The translations under genes and the position numbers were made by a program. Positions 19,021-28,619 of a stretch of 64,000 bases of DNA are shown piece by piece. Position 1 is the first letter of the stretch. Each line of letters starts with the position of its first letter. Origin of the DNA: Bacteroidales bacterium (GTDB lineage Bacteria; Bacteroidota; Bacteroidia; Bacteroidales; FEN-979); assembly GCA_030681475.1 (NCBI GenBank), contig JAUXWT010000035.1:4428-68427 (forward strand), written 5' to 3'. The notes beneath the pieces are model-generated. The model was not told where the DNA came from. It saw nothing but the letters and a program-made list of their open reading frames with translations, and did no database searches.

Positions 19021-19104
19021 ATTTCAATATTCAATATTTCGCCATTTCGCCATTTCGCCATTTCGCCATTTCGCTATTTCGCTATTTCGCCATTTCGCCA
19101 TTTC
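19021..19104. repeat. Tandem 8-mer array ATTTCGCC/ATTTCGCT (8 clean units at 19036-19099 plus degenerate flanks)
   Basis: Fills nearly all of the 95-nt spacer between the yidD stop (19105) and the peptidase start (19009). Confidence 0.9.
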
Positions 19105-19335
19105 TCACGGTACCGGATCATACCCACTCCCCCCCCATGGATGGCATCTTCCGATCCGTTTCAACGCCATCCATCCGCCACGAAAAGGCCCGTATTTCGC
19201 AACAGCGTCAATACCATAAGCCGAACAACTGGGTGAAAAACGACAGGATGGCATAAGATAAGGTGAGATGGCTCCCTGGTAAAACCGAATCAATAAAATG
19301 AAAAAACTACCCAGTAACTTTTTCATTCTCTTCAA
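19105..19335 (-). CDS. yidD: Membrane protein insertion efficiency factor YidD
   Basis: SPSCSAY...[14 protein letters not shown] signature. 76 aa. Confidence 0.85.
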   Translation of the reverse strand: MKRMKKLLGSFFILLIRFYQGAISPYLMPSCRFSPSCSAYGIDAVAKYGPFRGGWMALKRIGRCHPWGGSGYDPVP

Positions 19336-19699
19336 TTAAACGGTGTAAAAGTAAAATTATTTTTGCTTCGATGTGCCTGTAATCAACTATTTCTTTAGCA
19401 GTATAGGTAATACTGAAGATAATTTGAGTTCCTGTTTCAAGGAGGTGATCATAAAGAACCGCCTTATTTAATCTGTATGCTTCTTTCATTCTGCGTCGTA
19501 GCAGATTTCGCTCGACTGCATGATGAAAATTATACTTTGGAACACTCATCAATACCTGTGCCGGTGATATCCCCTCCAGCGACTGCCGCAACCATTTGAT
19601 ACGAAATGGTTTCAGGTGAAATGTGTGTCCCTTTGAAAAAAGCGTGGTAATCAGCCGGTGGTTGCATAGGCGCTCATCTTTGCTGAATGATTGTGTCAT
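19307..19699 (-). CDS. rnpA: Ribonuclease P protein component
   Basis: 130-aa basic protein directly upstream of yidD, overlapping it by 29 nt. FSKDERL...[13 protein letters not shown] pattern. Confidence 0.75.
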   Translation of the reverse strand: MTQSFSKDERLCNHRLITTLFSKGHTFHLKPFRIKWLRQSLEGISPAQVLMSVPKYNFHHAVERNLLRRRMKEAYRLNKAVLYDHLLETGTQIIFSITYTAKEIVDYRHIEAKIILLLHRLIEENEKVTG

Positions 19700-19758
19700 G
19701 TTTTGCCGTGAAATCCCGGATCAGATGCAAAAAAACGGGATAAAAATGAAAACTGTGA

Positions 19759-20517
19759 TTATTTCTTTTTAGCTTCGTTTTGAAGAAACAATTCAATGGC
19801 TGTAGTCATCGAGGCTGCGGCCTTGGTGGGCGCTTCAAGGTGGAGGATAAGTCCTGAATCTCTCACAGCTTTATGTGTTGATGTTCCAAAGGCGCCAATG
19901 GCAGTTTCACCCTGAACATAATCAGGGAAATTTTTCAGCAGTGATTTAATACCTGAAGGACTGAAGAAAATCAGCAAATCATAGTTTTTGATGTTAACAT
20001 CAGAAAGATCACTGGCCAGCGTACGGTATATAATTGCTTTTTTATAGTTGATCTTGTTCTCTTCCAGCATGGTTGGAATCTCCTGTTTATGGATATCAGA
20101 ACAAGGCAGCAGGAATTTTTCACTCTTATGTTTTTTTACCAGTTCGATGAGGTAGGCATAATTTTCTTTGCTGTGAAAAATCTTTCGTTTCCTGAACTGA
20201 ACATACTTCTGCAGGTAGTATGCAGTCGATTCCGATATGCTGAAATACTTCATGCTTTCCGGCACTTCAATCCGCATCTCCTTGCATATCCTGAAAAAAT
20301 GGTCAACAGCGTTGCGGGATGTGAAAATTACAGCGGTGCATTCCAGAATATTAACCTTATCCCGGCGGAAATCCTTTGCAGGAATGCCGTCAATGTTAAA
20401 AAACTTACGGAAAGTGAAGTTGACATTGAATTTACGTGCGATCTCACCATAAGGTGATTTCTCAAAATCGATAGGCTGAGGCTGGGAAACAAGGATATTC
20501 TTTATTTTCAAGGTCAT
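19759..20517 (-). CDS. Uroporphyrinogen-III synthase family protein (HemD-like)
   Basis: 252 aa. ILVSQPQP...IFTSRNAVDHFF pattern. Conserved Bacteroidota neighbour of DUF4271. Confidence 0.6.
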   Translation of the reverse strand: MTLKIKNILVSQPQPIDFEKSPYGEIARKFNVNFTFRKFFNIDGIPAKDFRRDKVNILECTAVIFTSRNAVDHFFRICKEMRIEVPESMKYFSISESTAYYLQKYVQFRKRKIFHSKENYAYLIELVKKHKSEKFLLPCSDIHKQEIPTMLEENKINYKKAIIYRTLASDLSDVNIKNYDLLIFFSPSGIKSLLKNFPDYVQGETAIGAFGTSTHKAVRDSGLILHLEAPTKAAASMTTAIELFLQNEAKKK

Positions 20518-20547
20518 ACCGTATTTGCGTTCAAACTTGTGAAATAC

Positions 20548-21345
20548 CTACGTTCCCGAGTCCTGTGTAAGGTTAAGCAAAAATTTAATCAGAACCAGCA
20601 GGGGTAAAATTTCGAGGCTGCAAAGATAAACAAATAAAAATAAATACGAAAACCTGGTCAACGCCATTCCGATAAAAAAACCTCGCACGAACCTAAATAT
20701 AAAGAGCAGAATAAAAACAGAAATCGTTATATATAACAGAATTACAGAGTTAAGGTAAATAATAAGGGTTATCAGCATAAGTAATAAAGGCCCCGAAATC
20801 AAGCCGAAGATCAGGAGGTTAAGCAGATAATTGCCGGTGATTTCCCTGGTTTTAAAAATTATTCCCAGCATATGTATCAAGGCCACCTTGACGACCTGCA
20901 TGCCGATAACAAACATGATGATCAGCAGATACAAGGAGATTCCGGACATTCCATGAAACGTGAATCCAAGGATTTGTTCGTTGAATTCATACAGAAACAG
21001 GGAGAAGGTCAGAAAATAGATAAACCCGAGTGCGATCGTGATGCGTTCCACAAAAAGATTCCCGTCGCGGGTGAGTTGGTTGATAAAACGTTTGGAAAAT
21101 GGAGCCCGGAGGATCTGTCGGATCCTTTTAGGGTAAAAAACCCTGCCCCAGGCAAGCAAAATAAAACATAAAACCAGGATTGCCGGCATCCAGTCAGGTT
21201 GCGTTTTATGTGCGTGGGTAATTTGGAAATCAGTTGGCCGGAGCTCACTGGAACTGAAAATAGTTTTAACATAAACCGGTTGTGGAAATACAGCGCTTTG
21301 CAGCGTAAGGGTTGTATCCGGTGATGTTTCGATCTGGTTCATCAT
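20548..21345 (-). CDS. Multi-pass membrane protein (DUF4271-like)
   Basis: About 6 TM helices. I prefer the ATG at 21345, which forms an ATGA overlap with the upstream stop, over the ORF-track start at 21390. Confidence 0.5.
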   Translation of the reverse strand: MMNQIETSPDTTLTLQSAVFPQPVYVKTIFSSSELRPTDFQITHAHKTQPDWMPAILVLCFILLAWGRVFYPKRIRQILRAPFSKRFINQLTRDGNLFVERITIALGFIYFLTFSLFLYEFNEQILGFTFHGMSGISLYLLIIMFVIGMQVVKVALIHMLGIIFKTREITGNYLLNLLIFGLISGPLLLMLITLIIYLNSVILLYITISVFILLFIFRFVRGFFIGMALTRFSYLFLFVYLCSLEILPLLVLIKFLLNLTQDSGT

Positions 21346-22058
21346 AATGTTTTGGAATCCGGGCGGCAATTCGCGGTAAAAAAATCCCAAAGGTTATCGG
21401 ACGGAGGAGTTGCGGTAATTTTTAACATTTCCTTCTTTACCGGATGAAGGAACTCGATTTCACGGGCATGAAGATGAATAAAACCCCCATGATTTGACCT
21501 GGGATACCCATATTTAAGATCGCCTTTGACCGGACAACCCATTTTTGCAAGCTGTGCCCTGATCTGATGATGGCGCCCGGTGAGCAGATTCACTTCAAGG
21601 AGGTAATATCCATCGCTTTTATTGATCACCCGGTAAATCAACTCTGCTTTCTGAGCGCCTGTTACCGGCTTGTCATATACGAATGTCTTGTTTTTTTCTG
21701 AATTCCGGGTAAGATATTGGACGAGATGGGCCTCTGTTTGTGGCGGCAAGTTCTTAACAACGGCCCAATAGGTTTTATTGATATGGCCATCACGGAGCAT
21801 GATGTTGAGGCGTGAAAGCGCCTTCGATGTCCGTGCAAATATTAAAACGCCGCTTACCGGCCGGTCCAGCCTGTGAACCACGCCAAGGAATACTTCACCC
21901 GGTTTGTCGTACTGGTGTTTGATATAATCTTTGAGAATTTCACTCAGTGGTGTATCCCCGGTTTTATCTCCCTGAACAATATCAGAAGGTCTTTTATTCA
22001 GAATGATCAGGTGGTTGTCTTCATATAAAATATCCCGATCAATACTGTTCTTTTTCAT
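21342..22058 (-). CDS. RluA-family pseudouridine synthase
   Basis: [14 protein letters not shown] catalytic Asp motif, and HQIRAQLA. Confidence 0.8.
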   Translation of the reverse strand: MKKNSIDRDILYEDNHLIILNKRPSDIVQGDKTGDTPLSEILKDYIKHQYDKPGEVFLGVVHRLDRPVSGVLIFARTSKALSRLNIMLRDGHINKTYWAVVKNLPPQTEAHLVQYLTRNSEKNKTFVYDKPVTGAQKAELIYRVINKSDGYYLLEVNLLTGRHHQIRAQLAKMGCPVKGDLKYGYPRSNHGGFIHLHAREIEFLHPVKKEMLKITATPPSDNLWDFFTANCRPDSKTL

Positions 22059-22863
22059 TGGGAAAGTCGAGCGTTTTCACATCCTGGATATAAGTGTTTA
22101 CTGCATTGCATATCTCTTCCGACAGGTTTGCATAGCGTCTTAGAAAACGTGGCGAAAAGTCCATCGTGATCCCCAACATGTCATGTAAAACAAGAACCTG
22201 TCCGTCAACCTCCTGTCCGGCGCCAATTCCTATAATTGGTATTTTAACCTCCCTTGTCACTTTGGCGCCCAGCATGGCGGGGATTTTTTCCAATACGATG
22301 GCAAAACACCCTGCATTCTCTAATATATGCGCATCCGAAAGTAACTTTGTGGCTTCTTCCTCACTGGTTGCACGTACAACATATGTTCCGAATTTGTGAA
22401 TCGATTGTGGTGTAAGTCCCAGGTGCCCGATCACTGGAATCCCTGCCGATAATATGCGATCAACAGATTCGAGAATCTCTTTGCCGCCTTCCAGCTTTAC
22501 AGCATCAGCCCCGGTCTCCTTCATGATACGTATGGCTGAATTCAATGCCTCCTTGGAATTCCCCTGGTAGGTTCCGAATGGCAGGTCAACAATAACCAGC
22601 GCCCGTTTTACTGCCCTTACCACCGATACTCCATGATAGATCATCTCATTCAAAGTGATCGGCAGGGTTGAAGTATGACCTGCCATGACATTCGAAGCAG
22701 AATCGCCCACCAGAATTACGTCAATGCCGGTACTGTCAAGTATTCTTGCAAATGAGTAATCATAGGCCGTTAACATGGCAATTTTTTCACCCTTTAATTT
22801 CATTTCCTGAAGGACATGGGTGGTGACCTTGGTCACATTCCGGAAAGAGACGGTTGTTGACAT
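22039..22863 (-). CDS. panB: 3-methyl-2-oxobutanoate hydroxymethyltransferase
   Basis: [15 protein letters not shown] and DLPFGTYQ motifs. Confidence 0.9.
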   Translation of the reverse strand: MSTTVSFRNVTKVTTHVLQEMKLKGEKIAMLTAYDYSFARILDSTGIDVILVGDSASNVMAGHTSTLPITLNEMIYHGVSVVRAVKRALVIVDLPFGTYQGNSKEALNSAIRIMKETGADAVKLEGGKEILESVDRILSAGIPVIGHLGLTPQSIHKFGTYVVRATSEEEATKLLSDAHILENAGCFAIVLEKIPAMLGAKVTREVKIPIIGIGAGQEVDGQVLVLHDMLGITMDFSPRFLRRYANLSEEICNAVNTYIQDVKTLDFPNEKEQY

Positions 22864-22879
22864 AAAATCTATTTGAAAG

Positions 22880-22887
22880 CAAAACTA
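22880..22887 (-). promoter_or_regulatory. Candidate -7 box (TAGTTTTG on minus strand) for panB
   Basis: 17 nt upstream of the panB ATG (22863). Confidence 0.35.
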
Positions 22888-22900
22888 CGATTTTTTTACG

Positions 22901-22908
22901 TAATTTTG
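22901..22908 (+). promoter_or_regulatory. Candidate -7 box (TAATTTTG)
   Basis: 23 nt upstream of the ATG at 22931. Divergent partner of the panB box. Confidence 0.4.
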
Positions 22909-22930
22909 CCAAATACCAATAATTATAAGC

Positions 22931-23929
22931 ATGCGCTTTTTACGATTCATGGCACTCCTTTCCTTGCTTCTGCCTGTTGTTCTTTCCTGCAATAAAGATT
23001 TGAATGTCAATGCTGAATGGAGAGATATTACTGTTGTTTACGGACTGCTTGACCAGAGTAGGGATACCACGTTTATCAAGATCACCAAAGCTTTTCTAGG
23101 GGAAGGCGATGCCTTGCAATTTTCCAAAGTGCCCGATTCCAGCACCTATCCAGATAAACTCGATGTGTGGCTGGTTGTTTATTCACAGGCTGCCCTGATC
23201 GACTCTCTGCGTTGCGACACCATTACCATACATAATAAACAGGCCGGAGATTCGACCTTTTACTATCCCGACCAACTGATGTACTTTACGCGCACCAAGC
23301 TTAATGAAAATTATAGTTATAAATTGTACATCAAAAACAGAAAATCCGGCAAAGAGATTACATCACAAACGGTTTTGGTACGAGATTTTGAAATAGCCAT
23401 GCCGAACGGGAATATAAGTTTCCCTCCCGGCAAGACCTTCCGGGTGAAATGGACGACCGCAAAGAACGGGAATGGAAAACGATATCAGTTGCTGATCCGT
23501 TTCTATTACCAGGAAGCATTGAAGATAAAACCCGACAGCCTCTATCTGAAATCGGTCGACTGGACGCTGTTCAGCGATATCCAACCAACTGATGCCTCCA
23601 TCTCACAGCAATTCGACCTCTATTTTCCAAGTGATAATTTTTACACCCTTGTAGGCCGGAAAATAGATTCAAGTTACCTTGTCTCACGCCGTGTTGCGCA
23701 TCACTGCCAATTTATCTTTTCAGTTGCCGCGCCGGAGCTCAATACCTATATTGATGTCACTAAACCTTCCCTGTCGCTCGTGCAGGAACGTCCCGCCTAT
23801 ACAAATATAGTTAACGGGATCGGCCTGTTTTCAGCAAGATTCACAAAGTCAGTGGATACCCTGGGTGTCAGTGACCTTACAAAAAAAGAGTTAAAAGTCA
23901 ACCCTGCAACCCTTCACCTCGGCTTTTAA
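22931..23929 (+). CDS. Hypothetical lipoprotein
   Basis: Signal peptide with lipobox-like LSC. I recognise no family motif with confidence. Confidence 0.5.
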   Translation: MRFLRFMALLSLLLPVVLSCNKDLNVNAEWRDITVVYGLLDQSRDTTFIKITKAFLGEGDALQFSKVPDSSTYPDKLDVWLVVYSQAALIDSLRCDTITIHNKQAGDSTFYYPDQLMYFTRTKLNENYSYKLYIKNRKSGKEITSQTVLVRDFEIAMPNGNISFPPGKTFRVKWTTAKNGNGKRYQLLIRFYYQEALKIKPDSLYLKSVDWTLFSDIQPTDASISQQFDLYFPSDNFYTLVGRKIDSSYLVSRRVAHHCQFIFSVAAPELNTYIDVTKPSLSLVQERPAYTNIVNGIGLFSARFTKSVDTLGVSDLTKKELKVNPATLHLGF

Positions 23930-23930
23930 A

Positions 23931-23962
23931 TTTTCACCATTTCACCATTTCACCATTTCGCC
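23931..23962. repeat. Tandem 8-mer array (T/A)TTTCACC x3 + ATTTCGCC
   Basis: Begins 2 nt after the stop at 23927-23929. Same unit family as 19036-19099 and 46226-46238. Confidence 0.85.
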
Positions 23963-24078
23963 ATCTGTATTTCCTGTCTTTTTGTCACCCTCCTGACACA
24001 AAATCGATTTTGGTACAATGATTGACAATTCAGATATAAATTCTGAAGAAATTATATTTTATAATAAGGAGATTTAAT

Positions 24079-25998
24079 ATGGCAAAAATTATTGGAATAG
24101 ATCTTGGAACCACCAACTCCTGTGTGGCTGTGATGGAAGGTAACGAACCCGTTGTCATTCCCAACAGCGAAGGGAGACGCACTACCCCGTCGGTTGTCGG
24201 GTTTACCGAAAGCGGTGAGCGCAAAGTAGGCGATCCGGCCAAGCGGCAGGCAATCACCAATCCTAAAAACACAGTTTTTTCCATCAAGCGCTTTATGGGC
24301 GAAACCTGGGATCAGGTGCAAAAAGAGATTAAGCGTGTACCGTTTAAGGTGGCGAAGGGAGAAAACAATACGCCAAGGGTTGATATCACCGGCAAATTAT
24401 ATACCCCCCAGGAAATAAGTGCGATGGTTCTTCAAAAAATGAAGAAAACAGCCGAAGATTATCTTGGCCAGGAAGTGAAGGAAGCGGTGATCACGGTTCC
24501 GGCGTATTTCAGTGATTCGCAGCGACAGGCTACCAAGGAGGCCGGAGAGATAGCCGGACTTACGGTAAAACGGATCATCAATGAACCAACTGCAGCAGCC
24601 CTTGCGTATGGTCTTGATAAAAAGCATAAAGATATCAAGGTCGCCGTGTTCGATCTTGGAGGCGGAACATTTGACATATCGATCCTGGAGTTGGGAGAGG
24701 GTGTTTTTGAAGTCAAATCGACCAACGGAAATACGCACCTTGGAGGAGATGACCTCGACCATGTCATCATTGACTGGCTTGCTGATGAATTCCAGAAAGA
24801 CGAAGGTTTGGACCTGCGGAAAGATCCGATGGCCCTTCAGCGGTTAAAAGAAGCTGCCGAAAAGGCAAAGATAGAGTTGTCAAGTTCGATGGAAACGGAG
24901 ATCAACCTCCCTTACATTATGCCGGTTGATGGAGTTCCCAAGCACCTTGTGAAAAAGATCAGCCGTGCAAAGTTTGAACAACTGACAGACAGCCTGATCC
25001 AATCCACCATTCCTCCCTGCAAGAAAGCGCTGCAGGATGCAGGATTGAAGCCATCTGATGTGGATGAGGTGATCCTCGTGGGCGGTTCCACACGAATTCC
25101 GGCAGTGCAAAAGCTCGTACGTGATCTATTTGGCAAAGAACCTTCAAAAGGCGTAAACCCAGATGAAGTTGTTGCCATTGGCGCAGCTATCCAGGGCGGT
25201 GTTCTTACCGGAGAAGTGAAGGATGTGCTTCTGCTCGACGTAACTCCGTTGTCGCTGGGTATTGAAACCCTTGGCAGTGTGATGACTCGGCTAATAGAAT
25301 CAAATACAACGATCCCTACGCGGAAGTCGGAAGTGTTTTCGACCGCTGCTGACGGCCAAACCTCGGTGGAGATTCATATCTTGCAGGGAGAACGTCCCAT
25401 GGCCAACCAGAATAAGAGCATTGGCAGGTTCCACCTCGATGGCATCCCCCCGGCACAACGTGGAACTCCCCAGGTTGAGGTGACATTCGATATTGATGCG
25501 AACGGTATTTTGCACGTAACGGCAAAGGACAAAGCTACCGGAAAATCTCAGCAAATCAGAATTGAAGCATCATCAGGGCTTTCGGATGAAGACATTCGCC
25601 GCATGCGGGATGAAGCTCAGGCCAATGCAGATGACGACAAAAAGATAAAGGAGGAGGTTGATAAGCTGAATCAGGCAGACAGTCTGGTATTTCAGACAGA
25701 AAAGCAACTTAAGGAGTTTGGCGATAAACTTCCTTCCGATAAAAAGGAATTGATTGAAAAAGCCGTGGAAGAACTTAAAAGCGCCCATAAAAACAGGGAT
25801 CTTACAGCTATCGATGCTGCCATGGCCAATCTGAATTCAATCTGGCAGACCGCCAGTGAAGAGATGTACAAAAACTCTTCTCAGGCAGGCCCCCAGGAAG
25901 GTCAACCCTTCAATGAAGGTCAACCCCAACCGGATCAACAAGGTTCTGGCAACGATGAAGTGACGGATGTTGATTTTGAAGAGGTGAAAGATAAATAA
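24079..25998 (+). CDS. dnaK: Molecular chaperone DnaK (Hsp70)
   Basis: [18 protein letters not shown] and [10 protein letters not shown] signatures. 639 aa. Confidence 0.97.
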   Translation: MAKIIGIDLGTTNSCVAVMEGNEPVVIPNSEGRRTTPSVVGFTESGERKVGDPAKRQAITNPKNTVFSIKRFMGETWDQVQKEIKRVPFKVAKGENNTPRVDITGKLYTPQEISAMVLQKMKKTAEDYLGQEVKEAVITVPAYFSDSQRQATKEAGEIAGLTVKRIINEPTAAALAYGLDKKHKDIKVAVFDLGGGTFDISILELGEGVFEVKSTNGNTHLGGDDLDHVIIDWLADEFQKDEGLDLRKDPMALQRLKEAAEKAKIELSSSMETEINLPYIMPVDGVPKHLVKKISRAKFEQLTDSLIQSTIPPCKKALQDAGLKPSDVDEVILVGGSTRIPAVQKLVRDLFGKEPSKGVNPDEVVAIGAAIQGGVLTGEVKDVLLLDVTPLSLGIETLGSVMTRLIESNTTIPTRKSEVFSTAADGQTSVEIHILQGERPMANQNKSIGRFHLDGIPPAQRGTPQVEVTFDIDANGILHVTAKDKATGKSQQIRIEASSGLSDEDIRRMRDEAQANADDDKKIKEEVDKLNQADSLVFQTEKQLKEFGDKLPSDKKELIEKAVEELKSAHKNRDLTAIDAAMANLNSIWQTASEEMYKNSSQAGPQEGQPFNEGQPQPDQQGSGNDEVTDVDFEEVKDK

Positions 25999-26087
25999 AA
26001 CGACTGTTAATAAGTTAGCGGTAAAAATCCAAAAATTTTTATCATTTTTGTAGATTAATTCCTTTAAGATTTACAAAGGTTAAATCT

Positions 26088-28598
26088 ATGAAGTATCGAA
26101 GTGTATTTTTTGGATCCATACTCCTGATTATTTGTCTTTTTACTTTTAACGGGTTCAGTCAAACAGTAACCGAACTGGTCGTTCCGATGTATTTTGGAAG
26201 CAAAACTGCATCTTCCACCAACAATGCCAGAACTGCCTTTGCTGTTTGTTTACAAATTGATGGTTTAACGGCAAATACAACGTATGATATAAAACCGGGA
26301 GTAGGACTGGTCACCGAGGCCGGAACAGTTTATGGCGCCGGTAATGCATGGAATGGAACAACATTTACCGGAACAACAAATCTTACTTCCTATTTTACGA
26401 CAGATGGCAGCGGAAGCAGCGGCCCGTTTTGGGTCTTTATTCAACCCACCGGCAATGCTTCACGGTTTGATGCCGGGCAGCAGCACAATATCAGGCTTGG
26501 TTGGGTTGTCACAGGAGGATCCATGCCGGGTTCACCTCTTTTTGTCGGAACGAAGACGCTTACAGCTCTTGATATTGCTGTTTCAGAGCGAACCCCGGTA
26601 ACCACCGATGATGGCTGTTTTGTCAAGGGAAGTTCACTGGCAGCATCAAACGGAAAATACATGCTGATGTATGACAATGTTTCCGGAACCGGCGACCCGT
26701 TGTTTTCCTACATGATCATGCCATCAATCCCCACACAACCCTCCAACTCGGAACTTCCCGCCCCGGTCAACGATATTTACATGCAATCAGGAACAGCCGT
26801 TGCAGGAGATTACCCTGCGGTGATACCAATTGGCGCAAATAATCCGAACGGCGTTCGCCGGGTAGAGTCCCGTAACCCTGATAACACCATCTTTGCTTTC
26901 AACACAAGTGCAAGCGGAATATGGCCAAGCGGGGCTAACACAACCACAGCCCTGCGCCGGGATGTGGTTACACTTACCAACTCAGACACTCCCCTTACGC
27001 CGTCAGGACCGGGATTGCCATCTGTATCTACAAGCACGGTCGTTAACAACATCTCGTTTAATTCTGCCACTGGCGGTGGCAATGTCACAAATACCGGAGG
27101 TTCGGCAATTTCAGCTCGCGGATTGTGTTGGGGTACCGGCATTAACCCAACGATCGCCGGAGCTCACACGGTTGAACCAGGTACTTTGGGCCCCTTTGTC
27201 AGCAACATGACGGGACTTCAGCCCGGCACGACATACCATCTCAGGGCATATGCCACAAACACAACCGGTACCGCCTATGGCGCCGATGTGTCTTTCAGTA
27301 CACTTTGCGGTGTAGTGGCGCCGTTGCCTGATTTCTCAGCCAGCAAGGTGAACCTCATGGTTGGCGAGGCAATAAATTTCTTCGATTCAACCCAATTTTG
27401 TCCCACTGCATGGAACTGGTCTTTCAACGGAGGAACACCGGCTACTTCAACCCTGCAAAATCCGACCGGGATAGCCTATAATTTCGCAGGTGATTATACG
27501 GTCTGTCTGACCGCATCGAACGAATGGGGCCAGAATACGACCTGCAAGGCAGCCTATATTCATGTGATCGGGCCTACCAATGCCCCGATCGTTATCACAG
27601 AGATCAACTACAGGTCGCCGCTTGGCGGAACAGATTCCCTTGAATTTATTGAATTATACAACAATGGCGCCCAGTCAGTTGACCTGGCCGGTTTTTATTT
27701 CAGCAAAGGAATTGAGTTTACTTTTCCGGCGGTGTTACTCAACCCGCATGCTTATGTAATGGTGAGCAAGAGCGCCTCCCTCATCACTGCTACGTATGGT
27801 GTGCCATCGTTTCAGTGGAATGCCGGCTCAGCGCTCAGCAATGGCGGCGAGCCAGTGGTTTTAAAAGATCTTTTCGGATTTGTGGTTGATTCAGTTTATT
27901 ATCTGCCAATATTGCCATGGGATACAATGGCCAACGGAAAGGGACCCACACTTGAACTCTGTGATCCGAATTCCAACAACTTGTTGCCTGCCAATTGGCG
28001 CCATGCCATTGAATACCAGGCTATGACTTCATCGGGCGATTCACTGTGGGCCTCTCCGCTTGCAGGATGTGCATACCTGCCGGTTGCCAATTTTATCGCC
28101 AGTGACTCTGCCGTTATCCTGGGGCAATCTGTCATATTTACTGATGCTTCCCTGGGTGACATCACCTCCTGGTTCTGGGAATTTGAGCGTGGTTATCCGG
28201 AGACCTTTTCAGGTCAAACACCTCCTCCGATATCTTACAACATCATGGGCGCCTATGATGTGACGCTTACCGTGAGGAATGATGCCGGGAAAAGTGTAAA
28301 GTATAAACCTGCATTTATTCAGGTAGGTGCTGCCGGAATTTCAACCCGGTTATCGAAACCAAACTTTTCCGTCGTCCCGAATCCTGCAAACAGTGGCAAC
28401 TTTTCGATCATCATTGAAAGTGGTGCTTCTTTTGAAATTCAAATATTTTCAGGTGTTGGTAGCCTTGTAGAATCACGAGTAACTGATACAACGGAAAATG
28501 TTTTTAACCTGTCCGACATAGCAAAAGGTATTTATCTCATTCAGGTAAATGATCACAAAACCGGTTATGTCAGCACACAGAAACTGATTATTCAATAA
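26088..28598 (+). CDS. Secreted multidomain protein: unknown N-terminal domain, FN3-like, two PKD, lamin-tail (LTD) domain, T9SS type-A sorting domain
   Basis: Signal peptide. PKD-like WNWSFNGGTP...YTVCLTASN. LTD-like VITEINYRSP...EFIELYN...GFYFSKG. C-terminal VVPNPANSGNFSI...GIYLIQV...QKLIIQ. Confidence 0.7.
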   Translation: MKYRSVFFGSILLIICLFTFNGFSQTVTELVVPMYFGSKTASSTNNARTAFAVCLQIDGLTANTTYDIKPGVGLVTEAGTVYGAGNAWNGTTFTGTTNLTSYFTTDGSGSSGPFWVFIQPTGNASRFDAGQQHNIRLGWVVTGGSMPGSPLFVGTKTLTALDIAVSERTPVTTDDGCFVKGSSLAASNGKYMLMYDNVSGTGDPLFSYMIMPSIPTQPSNSELPAPVNDIYMQSGTAVAGDYPAVIPIGANNPNGVRRVESRNPDNTIFAFNTSASGIWPSGANTTTALRRDVVTLTNSDTPLTPSGPGLPSVSTSTVVNNISFNSATGGGNVTNTGGSAISARGLCWGTGINPTIAGAHTVEPGTLGPFVSNMTGLQPGTTYHLRAYATNTTGTAYGADVSFSTLCGVVAPLPDFSASKVNLMVGEAINFFDSTQFCPTAWNWSFNGGTPATSTLQNPTGIAYNFAGDYTVCLTASNEWGQNTTCKAAYIHVIGPTNAPIVITEINYRSPLGGTDSLEFIELYNNGAQSVDLAGFYFSKGIEFTFPAVLLNPHAYVMVSKSASLITATYGVPSFQWNAGSALSNGGEPVVLKDLFGFVVDSVYYLPILPWDTMANGKGPTLELCDPNSNNLLPANWRHAIEYQAMTSSGDSLWASPLAGCAYLPVANFIASDSAVILGQSVIFTDASLGDITSWFWEFERGYPETFSGQTPPPISYNIMGAYDVTLTVRNDAGKSVKYKPAFIQVGAAGISTRLSKPNFSVVPNPANSGNFSIIIESGASFEIQIFSGVGSLVESRVTDTTENVFNLSDIAKGIYLIQVNDHKTGYVSTQKLIIQ

Positions 28599-28619
28599 CC
28601 AATCTTAATTTAATCATCT

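Noticed and set aside
18909-19256. 115-aa ORF (...FRHFAISPFRHFAISLFRYFAISPF...) across the yidD/peptidase spacer
   Set aside because: It is a translation of the ATTTCGCC tandem array plus antisense of yidD. The periodic peptide and the overlap with two well-supported genes argue against a real gene.
21346-21390. ORF-track start of the DUF4271-like gene at 21390
   Set aside because: The ATG at 21345 forms an ATGA overlap with the RluA-family stop and removes a 49-nt overlap. The same coupling pattern occurs at 51368-51371 and 62518-62521.
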